This document shows positions 13,221 through 25,792 of a DNA stretch of 64,000 bases, one piece after another. The position numbers and the translations under genes are program-made. Source of the stretch: Kudoa neothunni (lineage: Eukaryota; Animalia; Cnidaria); contig OZ199838.1 of NCBI GenBank assembly GCA_964304625.1, positions 1,437,158 to 1,501,157 on the forward strand, in the 5' to 3' direction. The first letter of the stretch is position 1; the number at the start of each line of letters is the position of its first letter. Below the pieces are notes generated by a model. The model saw nothing but the letters and a program-made list of their open reading frames with translations, had not been told where the DNA came from and made no database searches.

Positions 13221-14522
13221 GATCATTTCAATCCACATAAACACAATGAGTAAATTAAACAGATGACGTTTGAGATATATTATAGCAGAAAAATAAATTC
13301 TTACGGGACGGTTTCGGATTGGAAGTATTATCAGATAGGTTATACACATATACAGTATTGGCTGGTTATCAAGAAATATTAGATTCAAATAAGTTATTGA
13401 TTACCTGTTGAAAAAGCCAAAATCTCATTTCCTTGAGCAGATAAACCGATATCCAAAAGTTGAATTGATCCATCTTGTACGGTGCTCATAGTGGTGAGAA
13501 TTTTGGTTGGTCTTGGCTCAATACTCAATCTAAACCGACAAACAATGACACAAATGTCCCAACACCAAATCTGCTCATAACAACACATACAAATAACATT
13601 CGACAACAAATGTCGAAACCACAGCGACGGTAGATTTGTAAGCTTTCATCGCGGTGACTTCACAAGTGAGCAAATTATTCAATGAACTCTTTTGAGAAAT
13701 CTAAAAGAGACCCCATCAAATTCTAGACTAACAATCCATCAGCGTATTGGTAGAAAATACTATGGAACAATTTTCAAAGTATTGATCGGTAAAATTGGCC
13801 GTCAAACTGGACATGTTCATCACATAATGCTGATGTGTGTTTTCTAATTGGGTGAAGGCTAAACGTGGGTATATTTTTAGATCACACTCAACCAACCATC
13901 CAACTCTATCACATACGAGCAATTCTGAGAAACCCTTTAAAAAATACCGGGCCACATATTGGAGATTTGATGTGGTTGCTGAATTTTATCAGCTCAACTA
14001 CAAAATTATAATGTAATCACTAAGTTGCGTATATTTGCTTATATTCTCGTATACTTAATGGTTGAATGTTGTAGAAATAGGCTTCGTTTAATAGATTTTT
14101 CAAATAGACATTGTTTCTACGAATTGATTGATTTTAGTAGATCACCAAAAATATCAACTGTCGTTGGACATGCTGTGTCCGCATATAATTGAGTATGATA
14201 TTAAATAACGCTGGGTCTCTATCGATGAAATAAGCACCACTGCTATCCAACAAAGGTTCAAAATGTCCATTTAACAACCTAGATATCGTTTTGTGAAATT
14301 AGATTATCATCATCAACATCGTTGAAAATACCCAGTAAAAAATGTATCCGGAATTCGAGTTAGAGTTTCGTATGATGTAGCAAACCTACACAAATCAGTT
14401 ACTCTCGTCACCTTACTTAAATTTTATGCTATAAACTATCACCTTTTACCACCTACATTTAAAAAAATTATTCTCAAATCTTTGGATCCTTTTTTATGGA
14501 CAGTTTCAAGATTTTCTACCAT
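11630..14522 (-). CDS. KCTD3: BTB/POZ + WD40-like protein of the KCTD3/SHKBP1 family (multi-exon; start may extend to the ATG at 14599)
   Basis: [74 protein letters not shown], IGPYG...VFIQR, and LLTGHANGSVQ|VWDL. These are hallmark KCTD3/SHKBP1 motifs; the two paralogues cannot be told apart here. Confidence 0.9.
13180..13220. repeat. (TTA)n microsatellite in a KCTD3 intron
   Basis: Visible trinucleotide run. Confidence 0.85.
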
Positions 14523-15860
14523 ATTTTTTCCGTAATAACTTAATAGGCTTAGATCGTGCTAAACCTTATGTTTTCTTTCGTTAATACATCAATCGGCATG
14601 ATATTTATTTGATTTTTGTTTATCCAACCTAGCTCTTAATTTTCACCAATAAATATTCAATTAAGCAAATCAAATAAATTCCAATACTTATATGTTTGCT
14701 CTTACGCAATGAAGTGCCATGAGATTTTAATCTTATAATATTCAAGATATTTTAATCCTTCAATTGATTTCTGTGTAAAAAACATTCTCTAAACCTTTTT
14801 TTATTTGTTTATATAACTTTATCTGTTTCTTTTCATCTTAAGATGCAGGTTATTTGCCTATCTTTATTGTTGTTATTATTTTTAGTAATTTTATGTAAAA
14901 AATTATTTTAAAGTTTGGACAAAGAAAATCTAGCCTGATTTTCTTTTTTGGACCCGAAAATTAATCAAAGCCTTCTAGTTTATATTTTCGAACAGTCCAA
15001 GTTATATAATTTCAATCTGATTTTGACAGTGATTATTCTTACCTATCCATGTAATCACCTCTTCTGCACAGGCTACTCTTACGATAACAAATATATTCTA
15101 CTGTAATTAAGATATTAAAAAATTAATTTAATCAATGAGTAGAACCATTTTTATCTTCCAATTGGAAAAATTTTATTCAGTTATTTATTAATTGAAAATT
15201 ACCAATGGATTTTAACTCAAAATCTTACTACAACGCTTAAATAATTTAAAAATCAGTTTTTGATAATGGTGCTTAGTGAAGGTTTTAATTTGAGGACATA
15301 ACCCTTCATTCTGATTGTTCATATTCGCTGACTTAGAGATGCTCACACATTTGTTATCTTACTTTCCAATAATCTCATCAATTAAATTTTTTTATAAATA
15401 TAATCGAATCCCCTTTATCCGAAAATGTTAAGGGGTTTATAATGTTCCTTTCGAATATTGAAATTTCGGTTAAACGAAGTTCATAGTGTACTCATGTGGA
15501 AACCAAAACAAATAATTATTGTTTAAACATATTCACTAATTTCATGGGATTTCTCAGTTTTTGGACCATTTTGTATGAGAATTGCAACCAAAATTACCAT
15601 GCGTAATCAGCGGCAGAAGGGTATGACAACACCCCCTTTAATCCATGGTCCGAACCCTACCCACGACTATTCATTACACTATAATTAATTTATAAATTAT
15701 AATGTTTGTTTATTTTGAATTGATCTTCAATATTTCTCTGATAACGAGTTATTTTCCGATTTTATTGTAAAGCATTTTGAAGATTAAAAGGATAGAAATC
15801 ATCAATTTAAGTTACACAATTGTAAGACCATCAATCTTTCCTATTTTTTACATCTTTAAA

Positions 15861-15891
<31 letters not shown>

Positions 15892-15927
15892 TGATATTTA
15901 TTGGAAAAGAAATAATGTTTTTAATAA

Positions 15928-15939
15928 CGCGCATGCGCA
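15928..15939. promoter_or_regulatory. Consensus NRF1-type palindrome between divergent KCTD3 and PFKFB
   Basis: CGCGCATGCGCA in very AT-rich flanks. Confidence 0.5.
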
Positions 15940-16255
15940 GAATTTAGCATTAATAAGAAATATATTTTGTTTAAATTATGTGTATATATTTAAATTTCTG
16001 TATGTGTTGTTAAATTCTATTGTATTTTATAAATATAATTTTAGAAAAATTAAAATGATGTTTTATTTCTTTTATCGTCTAACAACATTAATTAGTAAGA
16101 ATCATTATATTTTAATAAATTGAATTATTATTGAGGCGAGATTTAGATATATTTTTTAATTTATAATCTAAAAAGTTAATAGTGCTTTTGACCTCAAGTC
16201 CTTACATTTTAATTAATTCACCAGAGCATTACGAATAATCAGAATTTTTGATTAA

Positions 16256-17139
16256 CCTTCGAACACCCGAGGATAAAAGTTAGACGAATGCCTGGATGAG
16301 GCCACACGAAAAAATGTATTAAATAATCAAAATCGTTGCATTTAATGTTAATAATATAATTATGTACGTTATTTTTTACATTTTAAAATATCATAAACGT
16401 CACAAAAATGAATCAATGATGCATTTTTATGACGTTTATTCGCGCTAGTGCGAAGACCAGGAATAATTATGCTTGTATATACTTTGAATAGCGTGAAAAA
16501 TTAGAGATTAACTGTTTTATCATTGTTTCATATTTTCTTCTTCTTCTTCTTCGTCTTAATATTATTATTTATTATTATTATTATTATTATAACAGCTAAG
16601 GTTTTGTTTTATTATTAATCTTTTCCTCTGTTGGCAGAAATACGTTAAATAGATAAATTCGTACTTTATAAATTAACTTATTATGAATAAGGAATATATA
16701 TATATATATATTTATATAGATATAGATATAGTCTGGGGATTTTTAGATTTTGAATTTTTAAGTTATGATAAGATGATCTGAGTTAAACTTTAAACAACTA
16801 TACTTAACTTGGTACTTTTTGTTGATGTAAAATTTAACTAAATTATTATATTACGTGCGATTGACAGGCCAGATTAAATTAGTTAACAAAGTCAAGTTGT
16901 TATGGAAACAAAAAAATGAATTTTAAAAAAATCCCTTGCTTCAAAGTACATTTATAATTTTTATTTTACTGCAGAATAACTTTTTATATATTTAAACTTA
17001 AAATTACATTATTTAAATATCTTTAAAAGCACAATCATACAATAAAATACACGTATGGAAAAAGGAAATAAAATATATTGTAAAAGTTGGTGATATAATA
17101 AGAGCTGATTGGCCACCTTCAGGCTCAGGCATTCGAGGG
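16256..17139. mobile_element. piggyBac-type MITE
   Basis: TTAA|CCTTCGAACACCCGAG ... CTCAGGCATTCGAGGG|TTAA: imperfect 16-bp TIRs with a TTAA target duplication. Confidence 0.7.
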
Positions 17140-18193
17140 TTAAATTAGCAATATGATAACCAACGAATTCTAGGTATACCAACTTTGAATCACCTGCTGC
17201 GCTTATTATTTCGAATATGTTATGAAATTGAGGTCATCAAATGATAGTTATTTTACATATTAAGAGCTCCAATAAATATAAACGACTAATTTTAAATATT
17301 TAAAGCGTCACTGCCTCTAATTTAAAAATTTAAAAGCTTAGAAGTTTTAAATATTGCCAATAGACACAAATTTACATTTCTATTCATTTATAAAGTTAAA
17401 TGCTATTCATTCGATCTCATTATAAAGATATATAACAAAAAGCTTTAATAAATAGATTTGCTTTTTATTCAGAGCATAATCACATATCGTAAATTGCGCC
17501 CACAATATGGAACCTATCGGTTTAAATGTAACATACTTTTAAGCAAAACATTGTATTTGTCCGAGGGCATTAGGACACTCGAAAACAGGATTTGGGCGTT
17601 ACCCTATTTGACTGCGCATATGTGATGTCACCAAGGTATGTTTGTTCTGATTAATGAAACAATTTTAGATAAATTATTAGGATAATGTAAATTTATTTAA
17701 ACAAATTGGGGTTTTTATTTATTTCCATGAATACGGGTGTCAGGGTGATTTCACATTAGGGAGAAATCCTCTAAATCAAATCATTGAGCCTTATAATTAG
17801 TTTCGACTGACTCTGTCATTTTATACGATCCAAGTATTTCTCGGTTATACACCTAAAACATTTCTTATAAATTTTTCCACCTATCAATACTATTTAGAAT
17901 CGAGAATTTTGACGATTTTTGTTAATGAAAAATCGCCGCAGGGATTTTATATTTTTCCATATTACATTTATTAAATTTATTACATTTAATTAGCCATATT
18001 GTCATATAAATGTAATTTGGATGACTTTTTATTTTAAATGTGTAATTTTAAGTTTGGGGGAGGGTTGGTTCAACACATTGGATCTGGATTTTCCTACGGG
18101 ACAAGGATTTTTAAATGATTATAAAAAATCACCTTAGATCGATTTGAAACTAGCAGATTAATTTTAACGATTATTTTAATTATAACAAGTATT

Positions 18194-20281
18194 ATGGAAG
18201 AATTTTTCATAGATAATCATAATGAGCATAGGTATCAATATTGTTATCTTTTTCCATCTTAACACTTTTGTCGAATGTGTAACACAAGTGTTGTTATCCT
18301 CAATTTAGACCCGACTCAATGTATATGTATTCATCCGGAAGGTGTAGCTATAAGGAACCCATCAAGAAGGAGTGTATAGCCCTTGTTGGTTTGCCAGCAA
18401 GAGGAAAAAGCTACATATCTAGAATGTTGTGCAGGTACTTGAATTGGAATGGTCATTCCACTAAAAGTATTTCAATGCTATTAATATCCAATTATTGTTC
18501 TACTTTTTAGTATTTAATGTGGGGAATTATAGAAGAAACTATTCGGACAGTAAATGTGACAGCAATTTTAACTTTTTCGATCCTACCAATCCAGAGTTTA
18601 GTCTATTGAGACAGTAGGATGATGATGATGATGTGTTCGCTCAAGATTACTTGTTTGAAATAGGAAATTTGCTGAAATGGCTCTCAACGACCTAATCGAG
18701 TGGTTGAAGTTACCATCATCGAGAGTTGCGGTGATTCTCGTTTATTACATTTCTTTAAAAACTCACTTGGGATCATTAAAATTATTACTGTAGATATACG
18801 ATGCCACCAATACAACCATCGAAAGAAGAAAATGGATTTATGAAACCTGTGAAAGACACAATATAAGAGTTTTCTTTATCGAGTCCATTTGCAATGATGA
18901 AGCCATAATCGAACGAATAATACTGGTATACATCTTCACAACTGCCTTTTTATTATAAACAATTAATGTGCACTCTCTGTAGGAAGTCAAGTTAGACTCG
19001 CCGGATTATGTTGATAAAAGTGCTAATGAGGCATTGGAAGATTTTAAGGATAGAATTAAAAACTATGAAAAAATATACAAAGAAATAAGCACTCAATCCG
19101 AATCTCATTACTCTTTTGTCAAAATTATAAACACAGGAATCAACTATTTCATAAACAATCTGACAGGTATCTTCAAATCGCTGAACTTAGGTTCTAATCT
19201 GTCTTATGTTCATATAATATTTTTCTACTACCCTCGTTTTTCCTCTGATTTATACCGGTTGTAGGGTTTCTCCAACCTAAAGTAGTTTACTATCTCATGC
19301 ACACACATCTCATGGATAAAACAATCTACATCACGCGAGTATAATATTTGGAGGGAGTGTTTAATGAATTAGCCCTATTGCATTAGCATGGAGAAAGTCA
19401 ATACAATGTTGAAGGAAAAATCGGAGGCGACCCTGATCTAACTGAAATCGGTCAAAAAGTGCACAATTCATTTATGATCCACCATGTTGAATCTATGCTT
19501 AGTATGCAGAACTGCTAGGAAAATTTATCAACAACGAAGAAAAATCCGACCTACGAGTCTTGACCAGCAATCTTAAAAGAACCATTCAAACCGCTCAATT
19601 TGTATCGGCTAGACATTACCAAATAAAAGCTCTAGATGAAATTGATGCGGTATCCTTACATTGATTTTTTTATTTATCCTGGAGCTAATTTTCTAATCAT
19701 TATGTGATATTAGGGGGAATGTGAAGGAATGACCTACTCGGAAATAGCAGAAAAATATCCAGACGAATACAGTGCAAGACTCTGCAATAAATTCTACTAT
19801 CGATATCCAAGAGGTGAAGTAAGATTAACCAGCTTGTTTGTGTGTTTTTACCACACTACGCTTTAGTCTTATATTGATGTGATAAATCGACTAGAAACGG
19901 TTATATTGGAACTTGAACGTCTAAAAAATGTACTGATAGTGACCCATCAGGCTGTTGCTCGATGTATTCTAGCGTATTTCTGTGATTTCAACTCCGAACG
20001 TATTCCATATATTAATGTACCATTACACACTGTTTTCGCCATAACTCCAAAATCCTACGGTAATATCTATCTTCAATATCTTCAATATATTCGTTATGTG
20101 ATATTTATTGATTTTAATTATAACTATGATAATATTAGGCTGTAAAGTTGTCATCCATACTTTCGATCCTACCGAACCAACAGCTGAAATCAAAGTTGAT
20201 AATGCCTATCCAGCTCTTATAACATCCTATTCGGATAACTCTTCCGGCCATTTTTCATCTAAAGAAGGCTCATCAGTTTGA
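18194..20281 (+). CDS. PFKFB: 6-phosphofructo-2-kinase/fructose-2,6-bisphosphatase (multi-exon)
   Basis: Kinase P-loop [42 protein letters not shown], and SPDY. Phosphatase motifs IYITR|HGES, LDEIDA|GECEG, YRYPRGE|SY, and THQAVARC. Confidence 0.97.
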
Positions 20282-20995
20282 TTGGTTAACGACCTATGTT
20301 TGTCAATAACCAACCTCATTTTTAACTGTTATCTACTAGATTTTATAAGTTTGTTTTCTATGTTGAAATCTATTTATTTACTTATGAAGCGTTTCATTAA
20401 TTTTTTTCTATACTCAGAAAAAATAACTTTTAATTATTACATAATTTGGAGATTATGTAATATTGAAGTTAAAGTCACAAAATCTGATTTAAATATAGCC
20501 AAAACACGTATTCAATGTCTAATCCTTTATTTGACTATCTGTTTGTCTATCCAATTGTCTCGGTGCGAGGGCTGCCAGCGGGATTTAAAAAAATCTAAGT
20601 CGATAAAAATGTTAGTTTAAAGTACAGAAAAATATATAATCGTATCCATTAAAGTTGATTAATCTTTTTCCGATTTGATAGTTACGTGTTCAGATATTAA
20701 ATTTAAATTTATCGTCGTATTATTGCAATTTTTTGCCGCGAACATTCACTCACAATTAATTATTTCACAGTTCAAGATGTATTTTAAAATAACGTTTAAA
20801 TTTTCTAATAATGTGCGGTAATGTTTGCTGAGTAACTTAAAAAGATAACTATTAATGATGCACATAAAAAATTGTTTTATTTTTCAATGTTTACAGGTTT
20901 TAAATAAGAGCCTAAGATTTCGTAAAAAATGAAAAAACCCCCAAGAACTTAAGACGACCATAAGAAACCAAAGCTCTAGCAGCTGTGCTCTGTGT

Positions 20996-21803
20996 CAAGG
21001 CGTCAAATGAGACTAATGGTGAATACCCAAGGTCGCAAAGAAAACATAGTAGTATTATTAAAATAACAACATTTTTTATTTTAAACTCGTTTACTAATTA
21101 CTGTCGTCAATTGAATTGTCTTATTCATCTTCACAACCCTCAGCTAAGAAACATGATCTATTTTTCAAGCGTCCAAGGTATCGTTGATGTAAGCAACGGT
21201 GCTGCTTACATCATGTATTAGTTTATTTGTTGGATGCGTCGTCAAACATGTATTATTATTTCCTCTGATCAACTGCTTTGCGATAAGTTTACGTTTTACA
21301 GTTTTAACCTTTAATGAGTTGGTTTGCTTCGTTTTTACTGCGTTCGTTAGTGAATAAATTCATTCAACAATTGCAGTAACTGGAATTTCTGTCCTTAGCA
21401 TATTGATCATGCCAATCTTGATTGAAGTACGTATTATACCACGCTCTTTTTGAGCTCCGTTTGAATTTTCACGCATACTTTAAAGTAATATACATCTATT
21501 ACTTCAAAATATGATATTAAAAAAACTAGAAAATTTTAAGAAGACGTTGAAATAACCGAATAAAATCACAGAATAGTAAGAACAATTGATTAAATAACAA
21601 TTATCCAGGGTTGAAAAACAGCATGTTGCCGTCGACCGTGATATATTTTTAAAATTTCGAATAATTTTGTCTCCATTATAAAAACAATAAATATGATTAT
21701 TTTACCCAATTCTAAAACTTATTATTTATAAAATGGCCTCAAATAATTTAATAATCTAAAAGTTTTGTAAATAAATAAAAAACCCCAAGGTTTAGACGCC
21801 CTG
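20996..21803. mobile_element. hAT-family non-autonomous element
   Basis: Perfect 8-bp target duplication CTCTGTGT (20988-20995 and 21804-21811) flanking TIRs CAAGGCGTCAAA / TTTAGACGCCCTG. Confidence 0.85.
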
Positions 21804-22379
21804 CTCTGTGTCCTAAGTTCGTATGTGCGACATAATTAATGTCTTATAGAAAAATATTAATGGAACTCAAAAATCCCAAATATTAAAAACTTTTTATTTA
21901 TTTATTTATTATATAAACTTCAAAAGTCACCTTAACCTTGTAATTTTAAAGCAGATTGCATTATTTCAATAATAGGATTAATTTCCACGAATTTCAGGGT
22001 GATGTTCCTATGAAGTTAAAATTAATTTTTCGAAGAAAAAAATCATCTGTTAATATAATTGTATTATCAAATAATATGAGGTTATACTGTGTGCGAATGT
22101 TTTTAAAATGATCGTATTAATAGTTATTTAAATTCAAGAAAGATTAATCCTAAAGGCTAAATTAATTTTTGTAAATTTTCAACAAGTTATAAGTAGGGTT
22201 GATAATTTTCGATGTTTATTTTTTTTCAAATCGACGGTTTTTATCGATCGAAATAAAAAAAATTTAATTCGAGTTTTATTGACTTTTATTTTGGAAAAAA
22301 GTGTTTATTTTAGAAAAAAACTGATTTTAGAATTTTATTTTAGTTACAATGGCCATTAAAATCTAATATTTAGAGCTTT

Positions 22380-23119
22380 GTTAGACAACCATCACAAAGA
22401 TTGATCCTTTCTTTTCCAAATATATTTCGGAATCTTAAGAAACTCCTTTCAACGTCAATTGAGGAAACTGGTAGCATCAATATATCTTGAAGAATTCTCG
22501 AAAGAATGGGACAAGCATTTCACACTTTATTCCCCCAATGAATATCTGAGGGTCGAGTTGAATCTTTTATCATTTTACATAACATGTAGTACTCATTATT
22601 AACCTCAATCTTCTCTTCACCTTCAACCAAGTAATGTAGATAATCAACATTTAATTTGTCAATAATAATAGTAATTAGAGTGTGTGGATTAATATATTTC
22701 ACCGTTTGAAAAAGTTGATTTAAAATTTCGGTGTATTGCTTGATTAATTTCTTCATTTCTAGCATCACACGAATTTTTACACTTAAATATCAGATTGTTT
22801 CTATTAATTTTGAGAGATCATACAACGCAGTAAGAGCGTCTATCAAAAGATTTAATGATAAGTAAAGCATATTAAGACTAACAGATTGTATCTCCAACAA
22901 TTCGTTAAGTCCTTTGCAATACATACCAACCGATGAATCCTCAACGATTTCGAAATGGATCCGAATGGATCCGTTCCACCAAATAATAAATCAATTCACG
23001 TCTTTTCCTTCCAATTTTCAAACGTTCCATTTCGGCGGAAACCGTTTTTTTGATAAAAAATCCGTATATTTTCCTAAAATTCTACGCTTTAAATCGATCA
23101 CATTCGAAGATTTCATGCT
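22380..23119 (-). pseudogene. Decayed hAT transposase, C-terminal part
   Basis: Minus strand reads HWGNKV*NACPILSRILQDILMLPVSSIDVERSF, the hAT dimerisation-domain signature, with in-frame stops and frameshifts. Confidence 0.75.
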
Positions 23120-23123
23120 CTAA

Positions 23124-24614
23124 TCTATATATAAAGTCCTTATGTCTGTCACTGTGTGTGTCACGGGAAACTTTTTTTGAATACAGCTTTTAGTATAAAT
23201 TTAGAAGGATGATTCTATTAAAAAATCACTAATTCACTTACAATTGCTTACATAATAAATATCGCAGTCAAAAACAAGGAATTTACTGGTTGTCTTTGTT
23301 AATTTACAAATTAAAAAGTACCTGAATAATATTGAAGTTTGTTTACTTCAGAGTGATAATCAATTAGAATGAGCTATTACTCACTGCATACAAAGAGAAT
23401 CTGTTAAGTATGATGTATAATGTTTTAGAAATGTCACATATACCTGTTTGGAGTAATTTTAAGACAAACAGAATTAATAACGTCATATTTACAAGAGATG
23501 TAGCATTTCCCTTGAAATTTAAAGCATAACCAAATTATTTAGAATGTATTTTCACTTTTCAAGCATTATAGATACATTGTAAGCAAAAAGATTTATGATA
23601 ATTTTAAATGAAACACATAATTTGAGATTATAAGTTGTTGCCATCAATTAATAATTGGGTAGTTCTATAAGCATTCTAAAAACGATGTAATATGTGTATA
23701 GAGTTTTCAAATAATTAAATTTTTGTGATAATTTCTTAAATGGAAATTTCATTTTATCAAATATATCGATTAAGACTGAAACTATATTCGTCTTTTCGAT
23801 AAGTTTTTACTCATCTCATATTTTGGTTTTCCTGAACTTTCTTGAGAAACAGCTGATATAACTAATTCGATAAATTTCTATATTTGATGGGATAATTTTT
23901 AAATAATGTTTAAACACCCATAAACCTGATTATTTCCTACATTTAGACTTTAACGTTAATATTAAAATCAATATATAATTTTCTTTCGCTAAAAATAATT
24001 CATTATGAAAATATGCGACAACGCATTCTATACGTAGTTTAAGAATTTATATTCACGTTTACTTTTGCACAAAATACAGTCCCCTCTAAACCTCAACACG
24101 TGTCATGTAAGTTAATAAGAAATTATTGGTCTATTCGATCTAACCGATATTTTCATCAATTTTTCCTTAATCTAAGAATAGTTCAAAACAAAGAAATTTT
24201 TTAGGGCAATCAAACAAATTTCATTTTTAAAAGGACGCACACCTTCGAGGGAACCAGTTGATATTTAAGTATTTTAGCATTACTGTAATTTTTCAAACCG
24301 AAAACACCTTTACATTTTACATTTTAGAGTTGATAGTATTTTGATAATTAAATTAGTATATTTTTGAAAAAATAAGTATTTTTGTTAAGAAGAAAGGTTA
24401 TATTTATTTAAAAATCGGAGAATTATATTAAAATAGTGAATACGTAAGTTGCCACTCACAGATTATTAATCCATCATTAAAATCCTTTATAAAATAATAA
24501 AATTGCAAAAATAATGACAAGCTTTAAAATGCATCAATTACAATAGAAAAATAAAAGTTAAAATTTTCCATCACGCAATAACACAGACCAGACAAGGCTG
24601 GACATCAGCGCTAG
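23124..24614 (+). mobile_element. Non-autonomous Helitron-like element
   Basis: 5' A|TCTATATATAAAG...tgtctgtc. 3' hairpin CCAG-acaagg-CTGG followed by CTAG|T. Insertion is between A and T with no TSD. Confidence 0.75.
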
Positions 24615-24744
24615 TTTATAAATTATAATACACAACAATAATATGATTTTTGAGCCGAAAAAATACAATCCAATAAACTCACAAAAAATACATATTCAAT
24701 CTACTATAGCCTGATTAAAAAACTTTACATAATCAATCATCTAC

Positions 24745-25442
24745 TCAGTCGGAATTATTGTGGTTGAATTCATGTTGTAGCAGACTTTCAATTGTTTCAA
24801 GATTCAGAATATTAAGATTGCTCTCGATCTCATTCTTCAAATCAGAAACGAAAGACTCTTGTTGAGATTGTGAGTTGATACCGAAGGCGTTTAACGACGC
24901 GCTGAAATCAATCCAAAATTGTTCAGGATTCTCCACGTAATCACTGTTCGGATTGATAAGTTTGGGTATAGTTTTTGGGAGTATAACAGCCACAGAAACC
25001 GGCCCATGATTGTTGACACTTGCAATTTCGTTCAACTCTCGGTTGGCTTAATAAACAACAACGAATAATTCTGAATTCTAAATTCTGAATCTATTCCATA
25101 AATTACCCAATAGAACAAATCCTTTCGATAGTATTTTAACTTGATTCCTTTCCAGGCAACCATAATTGATATCGGATTTGATAAGCTCTTCTAATATCAT
25201 TCCTTGTAGTTCGCCAATTTTCATATCCGAAGATAAATTCTTAACACACACACACAGTTAATAATTTCCAATAAAATCAACCCAAATATATGCTGAATTG
25301 ACAACTGTAACTCATGACTCAGTCATTGCTGGTGTCAGTTGTTAATCAATTTTCATATATTTCACTTATTAAATACAGTAAACGAATAGAGTTGATTCCC
25401 AATAACTCTAGCATTAACTTCAGGAATCACCCAATTAGCCAT
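24745..25442 (-). CDS. Protein with an N-terminal ubiquitin-like domain (3 exons), function unknown
   Basis: Spliced translation MANWVIPEVNARVIGNQLYSF...NLSSDMKIGELQGMILEEL...NQVKILSKGFVL resembles a beta-grasp/Ubl pattern (IGEL..I ... Q.KI..KG.VL). An NRF1-type motif lies 28 nt upstream of the ATG. Confidence 0.55.
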
Positions 25443-25470
25443 TTCAGAAAACGCAGTAATTAATCTTACC

Positions 25471-25486
25471 CGCGCATGCGCATGCA
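25471..25486. promoter_or_regulatory. NRF1-type palindrome upstream of the Ubl gene
   Basis: CGCGCATGCGCATGCA, 28 nt before the ATG at 25442. Confidence 0.6.
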
Positions 25487-25792
25487 TAAATAAAACAATT
25501 TTTTCTCTGTTTTGTCATTTAACTCCAAAAAAAGGAATAATATTGAAATAAAAATTTTTTAAAAACAAATCTTAACCATGATGAAATTCTTATTTATTTA
25601 ATAAATATATATATATATATATATGGAAGAAAGATAACTATAATATTATAGAGTAGAAACAAAAAACAGAAAAAATTGAAATAAAGACATTGTACACGAA
25701 AAAAATCAAAAAATATAAACAAAATTAATCATCGTTGTGATTGATTGGAGTCAAAATTATTCATAATTATCGGAATGATTCAGAGTTCGTTT

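Noticed and set aside
23110-23125. Helitron insertion at a splice acceptor joining the Ubl gene to the 22.4-23.1 kb ORF
   Set aside because: The Ubl gene has its own stop at 24745 and the downstream sequence is a broken hAT transposase.
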